From Haliotis rufescens (Eukaryota): a stretch of 64,000 nucleotides of DNA. Below, in pieces: positions 24,141 to 37,595 of this stretch (position 1 is its first letter; each line of letters begins with the position of its first letter). The stretch spans positions 682,001 to 746,000 of the forward strand of contig NW_025963924.1 in NCBI RefSeq assembly GCF_023055435.1. Reading direction: 5' to 3'. Made by a program: the position numbers and the translations under genes. The notes under the pieces were generated by a model. It saw nothing but the letters and a program-made list of their open reading frames with translations. It did not search any database and was not told the DNA's origin.

Positions 24141-25675
24141 CGTTTCGAAACAGTGTTCACCATGGTATTGTTGTGGCGGAAGCAGTTTGACGACATGAAA
24201 CAGCATGGGGATCGCGTCCGTTCGGCCTAAAGTGGCCAAGTGTATTAAATATGATATACATCACACAAATAATGTAATAATCGTTTAAATGATCAAATAT
24301 TTATTTTTTTTAAACCAAAAAACACTACTGTGATCTTTATATGGTAAATCGGTATGATAAAACCTGAATAGAGGCCTCCATAAATCCGCGGTAAGATTGA
24401 TTTATACTTTGACCATTTGACTATGAAAACCAAGGTGGGAACCTAATGAGCTCATATTTCCTCAAACGCAGCAATCACGCTGGAATAGGTAAATAAGAGG
24501 CAAGATTAACCCAAAATGGGCAAACCGTGAAGCTATAATTTGAACCAAAGTTCAAGGTCAAGGTCAAACGCGCCCCCGGAAACACCTTGAACAGGTGCTC
24601 CCCTAACGAAGTCGGTAATGGCCGGGTTATACGTACATATGATTGCGGGCTGCCTGAACAATCTTGATGTATCGCTGACCACAATAAAACCTCTGTACAC
24701 ACGTACAAATTATTGCCAGAGCCTGTGGTCAATTCGTCCCGAGGTTATATACAACCCGTATGCTTAATAAGGTGTAAGGATATAGGTCTGGATATTGTTT
24801 GCGGGGCCACTATATGGAGAGGCTGAGATAGGGTGTCACTGCGGCTGTGCCTTGTCATAAGTGGTGGAATGCTGTGTTTTATGATGTGTTGTAAGTACTG
24901 GATTAGTGACGGCGCCTTGTTACGGGTGGGAGGTGAGCGTTAACGTCAGTGTGGGTTGAGGACTGGTGATTTGGGGTAGGTATTTTTGTTAAAGATGTGA
25001 TGTTAGGGTTTTCTGCCTAAATACATGTCACAATTAATTGGGAAACTGCACTAATTTTAAATATGGGTTATTAACATTGACGGTAATTATGAAAACTGGT
25101 TAACGAGGTTTGGCCTGCTGCTCCCAGGAATCGTGAGTCAAATAATTCAAAACCAACTTGGTTGCCTACCAGCTACAATTTTAGGATGTGTGTGATTCAC
25201 ATCATGTCGAGTTCTCACCCGTACCTTCAAGTGTACAATACAATGTATATAATGCTGACTACTTCAGCAACTGATAGTGTGTTGTTAACATAACACAAAA
25301 AACGTAAATAACATTGTTATCAATTCCGTATTTATAGCTGATGATAATCTTACTAATTTGTACATATTAACATGATTACAGGAATTCTCTGGCTGATATC
25401 TCTTCTTCATTTCGTTGGGCACAAATACAAAATGCTATCCATACTCTACTCTCTATTTACACTTTGTGCTTAATTTGAAAGGAATATAAATTGTCCATCA
25501 TTTACCTTCATGATGCTTTAACCTATGAAGACCACACCTGAATTCTATTAGTATATTACGGAAATGTTTGCGAAGGAATCAGTTTCACACTAATTCGTGG
25601 ACAGTCATGGACTGTCATCTGACTGAGACTGAGCCCGCCTTTAAGAGAAGATCCAGAAGAACATGTTATTTAGGT

Positions 25676-25920
25676 TTGTTTGTTTGTTTGTTGTTTAACG
25701 CCACACTCAGCAATATTCCAGCTATATGACGGCGGTCTGAAAATAATCGAGTCTGGACCAGACAATCCAGTGATTGGTATCATGGGCATCGATCCACGCA
25801 ATTGGGATAAGATGACATGAATGAACCAAGTCAGCGAGTCTGACCCCCCGATCCCGTTAGTCGCCTCTTACGACAACATGGGTTGCTGAAGACCTGTTCT
25901 AACCAAGATCTTCACTGGTC
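25676..25920 (-). mobile_element. Full-length SINE family A (single-hairpin variant)
   Basis: 12-bp TSD TGTTATTTAGGT (25664-25675 / 25921-25932); the 5' end GACCAGTGAAGATC abuts the TSD. Confidence 0.95.
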
Positions 25921-28900
25921 TGTTATTTAGGTACGAATACTACGTAATTATTGTCCCCTTGCGAACTTAGCCTTACTGCTTTTTCTTAAATCAACGTTAG
26001 GACAATATATATATTATTTTGATTGTCATGGTTTGAGGAAACGGTAGGGTCGTTCGGAGGATGTGAAATGTGAAAAACGATGTCCTTGTTACATTTCTAG
26101 TTTTATTCATTAGTTTCTCCATGGCAACATGAGGACAAATATTTCATCCAAATAATAAACAGTCCACAAATATGATCACTATTTTTGTTAATGTTTTTTT
26201 TTCTATGGTGTTTACCCTTTTTCACTGTGTACTTGAGTATAGAGATCTCAACGTCTCGTTTCGTTTGTATACAATTCCTTGGTATTTTTTATACAGTTTA
26301 TGATAAACAATTCATTGTACAATTTTATTAAATTCAACGATTCATACGAAGGTGTAATGATAAAACTGAATAATACAGTAGGATAAATATTTTTTTTTTT
26401 TCTTTCTTTTGAGACGTATTCATGTGTTTACAAAAGGCATACACAAAATTCAAAATGGCGGACTCCAGAGTGTGAAGGAGTATTTGGTATGATAGTTGTA
26501 TTTTTTAACATAGCGTGACAAAAATCCAGATGATATAAATCCGCCCTAAACGCTCGGTGAAGTTATATTCAGTATTATCGGAAATGAGCATCTATTTTCT
26601 TAGTTGTTTGTTCATGGAATTGACCGATCCTTCATGAAACTCTTCACAAACTGCTTCTTGGACTTAATCACTCTGATGCTTGTCTTGTGCCAGAAATGCG
26701 AAAACGATTTCCCTGAGGCGACACTGTTTCATTTTTTCTTGTACGCGGCGTTAAACCCACATCAACATCGTCACAACTTTTTTTGAGGGGAGATCAGGGA
26801 AGGAAATACATTGAAATGTTACGACATAAATTCTAAACATCACAGTTAATGTAGAATTAACATTTAGTTTAGACTGACCGCTGGGATTTTATCGAAAGAA
26901 AGAAACTGTCATAGAAGTTGCTTAAAAATAATGTCCTTCAGAATGTTGAAGAAAGAAAGACATTGCCAGCCACAAAAAAACGTTGTTGAAAGAAGGGGTT
27001 TTAAAAACCGATATTCAGTCTCAGGTTTATTTTACACAATATTTTGTTTTACAGATGTAGCTGAAAAAATAAGGCATCGACGTTTTTATTTTATTTCATA
27101 AATAAGTCCAACTTTTTGCACTCGTAATAACAAAACCCGGTTTACCATTTCTTCATAAACACTCCTTGACTCTTCTCAACATCGCTCCGAAGGGGCACGG
27201 TCTGAAATCAGATATTAGATAAAGCAAGTGAAGACGATTCCCATCATCAATCTGATGTCCCAGTACATTTCTCAAATTTCAGAGTATCCGGTGAAATAAG
27301 CGTATTCACAGTTTATGATCCAAAACAATCTGCTTCATCAAGGAAACAAAACATCAAAAACATTTTTTTGTTCATCAGCACTGCATTTTATTGTCGATAT
27401 TCCGTTTTCTGATGTTGATACTTTTCTATATTTGACGTAAGGGATGTGTTGAAGATACTCTTGTTACCCCTTTTACTGTAATAACGCCTTTATCTTTGGC
27501 ATGGTCAGCGTCACGCGAACAGATTCAGTCACACACCGCTTATTAGACATCAATCGTTCTCTTGATCATAACATTCAATAAAAGCTATAATATTTCACCA
27601 ACAAGCGATGCAAATGAGACATTTGGACAGCAGGTTCTCCATAACAGAAATTAATGAAAATATAAATATATTTAACGAATTCTCCTGGTAGGACCTAATA
27701 TGGAATCGATGCCAGGAATCCGGGTTCGAGATTATCTGATGCATTATGTGAAGAAACACGCCACCTAGCGTCTTGGTGAGGAGAGGGAATGTGTAAACCA
27801 ACCACCCATCCTCTTTGTCTAACAACTCCTGTCGTGACAAGGTACCCCCGTGTGACAAGATAGCAACTGATTGGAGGGCCCCATCATATCTCACAAGCTT
27901 ACATCTAACCGCACGATCTTCCAAGGGTGTTAAATTGTCGTAAAACACGGGCTCATAAAACTCAGAGCGAGGCCATGCGAAGAGAAGCGCCCCCTAGGTG
28001 ATGTCGAGGGGAGATAAATCATGCAACCCGAACAAGTGTTGACACAATGTGGTTATACAGCTGATTATTGTTGAGTCTATCGTGATCACTTAACACCGAC
28101 TTATCACCTCCCTGTCTAAGACCCGTTCCAGCGGAACTCTTTGTGCCGGGGATAAAAGTTATACAAGATAACTCTGTCACATGACATAAAACAATGTGAC
28201 AATATTTAATACTTCTTCCTGGGTTGGGATTATCAGCAAATACCCGTTCTATTTTACTGTATTAAAGTAATTGTTTGTCAAACATTAATATGAAATTGAC
28301 AATAACAACAGAAAATTTTTTTCACTGCGCATACCGTTTGATGTTTTGCTTCAAGAGGTGGCTTTCGTTTCTACTATCTATCATAATTGTCGCTCGTTTC
28401 AAAAGGTATTGGAGTATTAACCCCACAATGCAGTGTATCGACAATGGCAGCTTTAGGGAACGATGTTCCGGATGTGACGTATAAGACATTTGTTGTTTTA
28501 TGTACTTTTCTTATTGTAGCTCTTTTTTTCTATCTAACGCTATGGTTATTTCACAATAAACTGAATTAGAAACGTGTTCGCAAAGGGAAACCTCTTTAAT
28601 CCGAACGGTCCTGTTCCCCAGGAAATCACCGGATTAACGTACGAAATATGGGTACGAGGTACACATATCACCTGTAAGTCGACGCAGGGAGGAAAGGTGG
28701 CATTGTGCAGTCTTATGAGAGAATGCACGATTAAAACATGTCTGTCTTCAATCAGTCTGTGTCAAATACGATGTGTTTTTGCAATTAATGTATATTGGGC
28801 ATGTGGTTTGTTCACTGAAAAAACATGTGTGTCGATCTGTATACGCCAAATATAGACTAATGGAACGTTGCTAGTTGTTAAACAAATCTACTATATAACA

Positions 28901-30288
28901 AAGGCTATTTTCTGGGCATGTTATCGTCACTTGCTAGCATCTCATTCGTCGCCACTCGCATCTTTCCGTAACCCACAAGAAGGCATTCGGTTTGTCGCCC
29001 AGTGGAACAGGATGGTCACGAATGTAAAGGAGTTTGGTTTTTAGACTTGATAGTTATGACCACATTAATTTCATATTTGACCGACCTTTGATACTAGTAT
29101 AGAATACATGTGATGATACAGGAGCAGGGTGTTGTCAGCGTCTCGTCGGTGGGTTGGTCAGAAGCGGGATTGTTCACATCCACGTACGGATGATTAATAC
29201 CTACCTGTCAAAACTCATCAAAGCGCGATGCCACATAATTGAACGGTTGACAATACAGCACTAAGAAGAAGACGATAAATCAAACTGACCGGAAAATAAA
29301 TGATTAAACAAACAAATAAAGGGATTTCGCTGTTCAGTTGACCTGTTACACTGACGGTGGAATTAAACCGTCTTCGCGCTGACAGAGAATCCCCACACCC
29401 CCGGGGAAATGTGATACACGGGTATGGAGAGACACAGGGGCAGTTTACATGGGTGATTTAGCTCACGAGCGCGTCCCCTAACCTAAGTCATAATTAGATG
29501 TCCAGATATGGCGCGTGCCAAGTCTTCACGCTTGTGCGAGCACGTGGCAATCAGATAACATCTTTCACTAGCGGTGGTTACCGGCTCTGATACCTGTAAT
29601 TATCTCCCTTTGCAAGCATCACCGTCCATTAGTGTCTCGGGATCTAATGAGGGGGGACTGTTAGTGAGCAGGAGGGTGGGGACAGGTCTGACAGATGAGC
29701 ACAGGGGGACAAAAGGTGGGGGAGGGAGGCAGGGGTGGCATGACATCGATGGACGTTCCCTATCATATCATACCCGGGGCCAGTTTCATTGGCAGTATTG
29801 GTGGCGTATGTGTGTGGCGAGGTCGAGGAATATCATCCAATACCCCTGCTGGGATGAATATTTCTATTTCCCAAATTTGCTCCACTACTGGGTTTTCCGC
29901 CATATTGGAGTCATATTTATTCCGTGCCCAATCTCGCTGAATGCCAATTTGGACATCGATACGACATGGACTGTGATCGCAACGTTTTGTTTTGCCCCCA
30001 ATGATTCCTGACGAATTATGAGGGTGACTTGACTCTAAAATGTAAATGTACACCAAACTTTTACTCTGACATTGTTGACAAACAACATGGCGTACATGAG
30101 CTGAATCCGGAAGTAGGTTCTACAAGTGACCTTGGGCATCGCGAAGTACCCCCACGACGTTATGTAATCATGGTAGGAAGGAACGTCATCAGTTTCAAAC
30201 ACAGTGTGTCGACGTATGTGATGCTGTTTTTCAGAACACTTCGGAAAATAGACTTTACTAGAGTAACTAACTTAAATTGTAGGTACAG

Positions 30289-30637
30289 GTGAGGTGGGTG
30301 AAATGGGGTTTAACTCCGCTTTCAAGATTATTGCACTTATACAGCGACGTGTGTGTGTGTGTGTGTGTGTGTGGCTGCTTGTACTACTAGTACTAGTCCG
30401 GACTAATGCCGACTTTATACTGCTAGACCACTGTGATACAATGCCGCAGTTTAACATGGATACCCCACCCAGATACAGTATACTGACTCCGAGCCCTGTT
30501 TTATCCCCTTAATGCCGAGCGCCAGGCAGAGTAAACAACAAGTAACATTTTTTAGCGTCCCTTGGTATGACGGGCATCTCACCCAGAAAGTTTCGGACTC
30601 CGAGCAGACGCTCTACCACTAGAACACGGAGGCGGTC
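30289..30637 (-). mobile_element. tRNA-derived SINE family C (Meta/MESC-like central domain)
   Basis: Head GACCGCCTCCGTG..CTAGTGGTAGAGCGTCTG on the minus strand, core GGAGTCAGTATACTG, internal (CA)n; homologous to the copies at 37360, 41890 and 53066. The domain name is from memory. Confidence 0.82.
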
Positions 30638-31576
30638 TAAATGGTATTTACAAGTACAAGTTTACATATAAAGAAAATATACTTCTTTGCACCAAAAGAC
30701 CGTATAACTCTGTTATGACTTTATAAAGTATTAGTCCTATTTGCTTCTTTTTAAATCATTAAAGCGTGATAGGGAAGCGATATGCACTGGTGTAAATGCA
30801 CCCCAAGCACTCCTCACTTCTGATATTTCTGGAGGTAACACTTCTTTGATTGTATTCCTCTTTGACATTGTTGGTATATTTTATTTTTGTGGTTTTTAAC
30901 TGGAGTCGGTAAAAGAAACAAATGTAGTTTTGTAATGCAAAATGCATATATTGTGTTTAGTCATACCCGTACCGACACTAGCGTAAATGTAAAGAGAGAT
31001 TGCAAAACCAATTTATGTTCGCCGTCAATTGATCAGCTGGCCGCAAATTCAACAACTTAAACAACTGCATCTTACAAACTTTGCCTGATTCAGTGGTTGG
31101 AACAATAACAGAAGCAGTAGGATTACATATGACTGTTGTGTGGGTTTGAGAAGGCTGGGATTTTCTATGCAGACAAGATATTTTTTCAGCTCCACCTTCA
31201 AAACCAGATTCTTTTTGGATTAAAACTGCGCGCCAAAATAATGAATAAATAAAAACACAATTGCAACACTGTATTTTTGATGTTTTTTATATATTTTTAT
31301 TACATGTTTATTTTGTATAACATCTTTTTGTAGTTCACGTATTTAGCAACCGTAAACCAACAACGTTAGAATAACGACTGACGGAAGACAGACGCATCCA
31401 CCAGGGGAGCTCTACTTGAGTTGAGCTACAAGTAAAAATGTTGTCTCCTCGAAGAGACTAAAATGAATCCATTCATTCATTCATCTTTTCATTCATCACG
31501 TCATGACTTCAATAACTTATTTTCATTGTTAAAACCCAAACTATTCACCAATACACAATTGCCTTTATTTAACCTC

Positions 31577-31752
31577 GGGTGCGATGGGGTAGCGTGGTGC
31601 TTGAAGCGTTCGCTCGTCAAGCTGAAGGCCCGAGTTCATTTCTCCAAATTGAAAAAAAAGTCTGTGAAGCTCATTTCTGGTGTCCTCCGCCGTGATAATG
31701 CTGGAATATTGCTAACAGCAGCGTAAAACCATACTCACTCACTCATACACTC
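31577..31752 (+). mobile_element. tRNA-Asp-like SINE family B, diverged
   Basis: GCGTTCGCTCGTCA head, CATTTCTGGTGTCC body, GCTGGAATATTGCTAA...(ACTC)n tail. Confidence 0.85.
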
Positions 31753-32443
31753 ATTTGATCAAGTTCTGTTGGGGTTGTTTTTGTATAAATATAACTCTTG
31801 TCACACGAAAATTGGAAAAGCACTTATCATCCCCGCTCCACACATTAGGATTTTGTAAATGATCTTTGGGTTCAAATAATAAATAATCACCAATGTCTGC
31901 CTACCTGAGACGATTTACAGAGTCTACTTGATCTTAAATTCAGAAATAAACAACGTCGGTCCCTGATGTTGTTTCAAAAAATAGTTTTAGTAAATATAAT
32001 CTAGTAAATGTATCTGTACACAGACAAACACTCAAGACGTTGTGTACATTCTGTGTCGATAACGTACAGACTGCCTGGTGTAGACAAGCGAGGTACTGTG
32101 TTAATATATCCTGAGTGGCCGCATGATGACTCGGACTGATAGACACGCGATAAGGCGTTTAGAACATCACTGGGAATGGCTACGTGTAATTGTCTTTAGT
32201 GCAGTACTCGAGATATAACTTGCTTGTACGGAATACATTTACTTGATATATTTGGTTAGTGTAGGGATTATATGTTTATTCTGTTTTTGTGTTTCCTACT
32301 TAGTAAATAATGGTGTTTATACCAATTACATAGCATCAGGTACATGAATGTATGATTGATTTAGAGAAGGTAATTGTATGAGCTAAAGATAATATGGAAA
32401 CCACAAGTTTGTATGGTCATCAGGAATAATGTCGCATTTGAGT

Positions 32444-32716
32444 TTTGTTTGTTTTGTTTGTTGTTTAACGCCTCACTCAGCGATGTTCCAGCTAAATTTA
32501 TATGACGGCGGTCTGAAAATAATCGAGTCTGGGCGAGACAATCCAGTGATTAACATCATGAGCATCGATCTACGCAATTGGAATACGATGACATACATCA
32601 ACGTCAGCGAGCCTGACCACCGAGCCCGTTAGTCGCTTTTTACGACAAGCACAGTCGCCTCTAACAGGAAGCCTGGGTTGGTGAAGACCCCTTCTCTACC
32701 CGCATCTTCACGGTTC
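32444..32716 (-). mobile_element. Full-length SINE family A
   Basis: TSD T(C/T)GCATTTGAGT (32432-32443 / 32717-32728); 5' end GAACCGTGAAGATG. Confidence 0.9.
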
Positions 32717-32811
32717 TTGCATTTGAGTAATTGCGTTGTACCCATATGCGTGGATTGCTTTGGCCACTTTCTTGTGTGTCGTGACAGGTACTGTAATCGT
32801 ACAGGTATGTG

Positions 32812-34548
32812 AGATGAAAGGGAGGAAGGAGACCAGGAATGAAAAGGAGGAGGGAGACCAGGAATGAAAAGGAGTAGGGAGACAAGGGATGAAAGGGAAG
32901 ATGGAGACCAGGGATGAAAGGAAGGAGGGAGACCAGGGATGAAAAGGAGGAGGGAGACCAGGAACGAAAGAAAGGAGGGAGACCAGGGATGAAAAGGAGG
33001 AGGGAGACCAGGAACGAAAGGAAGGAGGGAGACCAGGGATTAAAGGGAGGAGGGAGACAAGGGATGAAAAGGAGGGAGACCAGGGATTAAAGGGAGGAGG
33101 GAGACAAGGGATGAAAAGGAGGGAGACCAGGGACGAAAGGAAGGAGGGAGACAAGGGATGAAAGGGAGGAGGGAGACAAGGGATGAAAGGAAGGAGGGAG
33201 ACCAGGGATGAAAGGAATAGGGAGACCAGGGATGAAAGGAAGGAGGGAGACAAGGGATGAAAAGGAGGAGGGAGACAAGGGATGAAAAGGAGGAGAGAGA
33301 CAAGGGACGAAAGGAATAGGGAGACCAGGGATGAAAGGAAGGAGGGAGACCAGGGATGAAAGGGAGGAGGGAGACAAGGGATGAAAGGGAGGAGGGAGAC
33401 CAGGGATGAAAAGGAGGAGAGAGACAAGGGATGAAAGGGAAGATGGAGACCAGGGATGAAAAGGAGGGAGACAAGTGATGAAAGGAAGGAGGGAAACCAG
33501 GGATGAAAGGAAGGAGGGACACCAGGGATGAAAAGTAGGGAGACAAGTGATGAAAGGAAGGAGGGAAACCAGGGATGAAAGGAAGGAGGGAGACCAGGGA
33601 TGAAAGGGAGGAGGGAGACAAGGGATGAAAGGGAGGAGGGAGACCAGGGATGAAAGGGAGGAGGGAGACAAGGGATGAAAGGGAGGAGGGAGACAAGGGA
33701 TGAAAAGGAGGAGAGAGACAAGGGACGAAAGGAATAGGGAGACCAGGGATGAAAGGAATAGGGAGACCAGGGATGAAAGGAAGGAGGGAGACCAGGGATG
33801 AAAGGAAGGAGGGAGACCAGGGATGAAAAGGAGGAGGGAGACAAGGGATGAAAAGGAGGAGAGAGACAAGGGACGAAAGGAATAGGGAGACCGGGGATGA
33901 AAGGGAGGAGGGAGACCAGGGATGAAAGGAAGGAGGGAGACCAGGGATGAAAAGGAGAAGGGAGACAAGGGACGAAAGGAAGGAGGGAGACCAGGGATGA
34001 AAAGGAGGGAGACAAGTGATGAAAGGGAGGAGGGAAACCAGGGATGAAAGGAAGGAGGGAGACCAGGGATGAAAAGGAGGGAGACAAGTGATGAAAGGAA
34101 GGAGGGAAACCAGGGATGAAAGGAAGGAGGGAGACCAGGGATGAAAAGGAGGAGGGAGACAAGCGACGAAAGGAAGGAGGGAGACCAGGGATGAAAGGAA
34201 GGAGGGAGACCAGGGATGAAAAGGAGGAGGGAGACAAGGGATGAAAAGGAGGAGGGAGACCAGGGATGAAAGGAAGGAGGGAGACAAGGGATGAAAGGGA
34301 GCAGGGAGACAAGGGATGAAAAGGAGGAGAGAGACAAGGGACGAAAGGAATAGGGAGACCAGGGATGAAAGGAATAGGGAGACCAGGGATGAAAGGAAGG
34401 AGGGAGACCAGGGATGAAAGGAAAGAGGGAGACCAGGGATGAAAAGGAGGAGGGAAACCAGGGATTAAAGGGAGTAGGGAGACCAGGGATTAAAGGGAGT
34501 AGGGAGACCAGGGATTAAAGGGAGGAGGGAGACCAGGGATGAAAAAGG
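32812..34548. repeat. Purine-rich 25-bp minisatellite GGGATGAAAGGAAGGAGGGAGAC(C/A)A (22-bp variants)
   Basis: Tandem units with strong purine skew on the + strand. Confidence 0.96.
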
Positions 34549-34574
34549 GAAAAGTGTAGAGGAAGAGAAGTGGG

Positions 34575-35870
34575 TAGGATAGGATAAGTTTTATTGCACA
34601 CCGAAAGGCTACAGGCTTATTGTACAATTCAATTTTCGGGGATTTGTTGCAAATATGTTTAAGAGTGTATATTATTATTAACATGGCATGATACATGAAC
34701 GTTGATAGTGTTTTTAACAGTAGAATTGGCAGTTGTTGATATAATCGATATACAATTTTGTTGAGTGGAGGGTACATAAACCGACAGTTCTATATATTTA
34801 ATTCTTAGATATTTTGGACAGACTAACAGAAAATGAAAATCATTTTCAATCACATTAAAATCTCATTGCTCACAAATTCTCAATTCCCAAGTTATGTTTC
34901 TTTGTCTGCCTACTTCAATCATAGGTCTATAAGATCTGCATCTTAACTGTGCTAAGGTTCTTTTTAATCTTATAAAATTATACAAAATTAGTATTTTGGG
35001 GAAGTATGTGTCTTTAAAAGATTGTAATAATTACATCTTTCTGAACTTAAAACGTGCGAAGGCCATTTTTGTCTTTGGCGTATAGGTAATACGAACAAGG
35101 AATAGGAGTCTTGCTCTTTGCATCAAATATGTAAAAAAAAGGTTTTGTATGAAAAATCAGTGAAAATTATTAAACTATGTAAGATACCCATCAGTGTCTT
35201 TGTTTTGCCTGGATTGCTGCATTGTTAGTGTGACAATTCCACCATAATCTGCTTGTAAAAGTAACCCCCAGATGTTCATAAGAAATGACAATTTGTTACG
35301 GTTGTGAGTTAAAGAACCTTTTCCCCATTTTGAAAACTAACACTTTCGTTTTTCACAATTTGTACTTGGAGTTTACAATTAGAACCGTACAGCTCCCGTT
35401 GATCTATCACATTCTGCAAAGGTTTTATAGTACTAGGGAACATAACCACTAGTATATCATCCACAAAAAGCAACAAAAATATCTTTACAATATCCGAATG
35501 CAGCTGTATACCATCGATGCAATTATCCTTAATTTGTGCAGCAAGGTCATTGATGATAAATATAGAAAAGGGAGGGGCTAAGAATAGAGCCTTGGCGTAC
35601 ACCAACGTTACATGTAAATACCTAAGAATTTATTCCACGGATTCTAACACACAACATTTAAATACATATTGCATGGTAATTTACCCATTTTGTTTCTCAC
35701 AGAATCAAACGCATTCTTGAGTCTACAAAATATTGCATACAATCTTCCGCCTGTTCTCTGCATGTATTTGTGAATAATCGCATCAAGTATAAATATATTC
35801 TTCGTGGTTAAGTAGCCTTGTCTAAAACCTGCTTGTTCTTCCGAAATATTACCTAGTGAATCTGACAAAA
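34575..35870 (-). mobile_element. Decayed non-LTR retrotransposon ORF2 (reverse transcriptase + C-terminal zinc knuckle; RTE-X/CR1-group-like)
   Basis: Fragments ISEEQAGFRQGY..NIFIL..GGRLYAIF..AFDSV, FSIFIINDL..LLLFVDD (FADD-like) and IENDFHFLLVCPKY in the expected order, with stops, frameshifts and deletions. Confidence 0.9.
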
Positions 35871-36024
35871 CAGTAAATATAATTTGTCAAATAGCCAGTA
35901 AACCAATAATCAATTAGCCTTTTATTAATAACGGAAACAAATATGTTGCTAAAAAACTCAGAAGGGTTAATTCTCGATAATTGTTTGCATCAGAACATGA
36001 TCCCAATTTCTGGTGGAAGAATCA

Positions 36025-37215
36025 AGAGAAGTGATGAAAGGTAGGAGGAAGAGCAGGGATGAAAAGGAGGAGAAGAGGGGAGGATCATACGGTATGAAAA
36101 GGAGAAGGAAGACCAGGGATGACTTGAAAGAGATGAGAACAAACGGGATGAAAAGGGGGAGGAAGAACAGGGGTGTAAAGGAGTAGGAAGAATAGGGGTG
36201 AAAAGGAGGAGGAAGAGCAGAGGTGAAAAGGAGGAGGAAGAGCAGAGGTGAAAAGGAGGAGGAAGAGCAGAGGTGAAAAGGAGGAGGAAGAGCAGAGGTG
36301 AAAAGGAGGAGGAAGTTACTCATTCTTGCTCATTAAAAGAATTCAAATCCTTAATTAATCGTTCTGATACAATTATTAATAATTTTGACCTAAAATACGG
36401 TCATAGATCATGCCAAATTGTCCACTGTCGCCTTAGGCTCAGCTGTTAAGCACCATTTTATATATAATCTGATATATAACCAGCTGTTGTAAAGTTATTA
36501 CCTGGAGAGGAATTTACATAAGCAAGTTTTGCTTGTTTACCGATCCAGATTTCTTTTGAAATAAAAATATGTTTAAACCACTTGAAAGAGATGAGAACAA
36601 ACGGGATGAAAAGGGTGAGGAAGAACAGAGGTGTAAAGGAGTAGGAAGAATATGGGTGAAAAGGAGGAGGAAGAGCAGAAGTGAAACGGAAGAGGAAGAG
36701 CAGAGGTGAAAAGGGGGAGGGGGGAATAGGGGTGAAAAGGAGGAGGAAGAGCAGAATGTGAAAAGGAGGAGGAAGAGCAGAGGTGAAAAGGAGGAGGAAG
36801 AGCATAGGTGAAAAGGAGGCGGAAGAGCAGAGGTGAAAAGGAGGAGGAGAATAGGGGTGAAAAGGAGGAGGAAGAGCAGAGGTGAAAAGGGGGAGGACTA
36901 ACAGGGGTGTAAAGGAGTAGGAAGAACAGGGGTGAAAAGGAGTAGGAAGAATAGGGCTGAAAAGGGGAGGAAGAGCAGAGGTGAAAAGGAGGAGAAAGAA
37001 CAGGGGTGAAAAGGAGGAAGAGCAGAGGTGAAAAGGGGGAGGACGAACAGGGGTGCAAAGGAGTAGGAAGAACAGGGGTGAGAAGGAGGAGGAAGAACAG
37101 GGGTGAGAAGGAGGAGGAAGAACAGGGGTGAAAAGGAGGATGAAGAACAGGGGTGAAAGGGGAGGAAGACGAGGGGAGTTGGAGGTTGAGGAAGAAAGAA
37201 AAGAGGAGAGGGGAA
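36025..37215. repeat. Purine-rich 24/25-bp minisatellite GGTGAAAAGGAGGAGGAAGAGCAGA in two blocks (36025-36315, 36581-37215)
   Basis: Tandem units; both blocks contain the same non-repeat segment CTTGAAAGAGATGAGAACAAACGGGATGAAAAGG. Confidence 0.92.
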
Positions 37216-37359
37216 GACGGATTAATACTGGCGAATGTGAAGTGCAGATCTGTTCCCCTTGACCTTTCACAGACATATTCCAGCAAAACAGCAGAACCTA
37301 ACTATTATTTCTTATTTCATAAAGTCTGTTTCTCTAGATCTGTAACGTGTTACCCTGCA

Positions 37360-37595
37360 GCTCGCGCTCGGCATTAAGGGGCTAAAACAAGGACACTGTA
37401 TACTGTGTCTGTGTGGGGTATTCATGTTAAACTGCGGCATAGTATCTCGGTGGGCTAGCACTATAAAATCGACATTAGTCCGAACTAGTACAAGCAATCA
37501 CACACACACGCGAGCGCGCGTACGTGCATGCACGTCGCAATATAACTGCAATAATCTTGGACGCGACGTTGAACCCCATTTCTCTTCACATCACA
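37360..37595 (+). mobile_element. 5'-truncated SINE family C
   Basis: CTCGGCATTAAGGGG...GTATACTGTGTCTG...GCTAGCACTATAAAATCG...CGCGACGTTGAACCCCATT. Confidence 0.82.

Noticed and set aside
24540-24620. CAAGGTCAAGGTCA / TGACCTTGA motifs (also ~44050) suggesting Helentron-like fragments or nuclear-receptor sites
   Set aside because: Too short and degenerate to assign without a repeat library.
32708-34337. ORFs of 415-534 aa rich in Pro/Ser/Leu/Phe
   Set aside because: The pyrimidine-rich strand lacks stops in all three frames; the unit length is not a multiple of 3.
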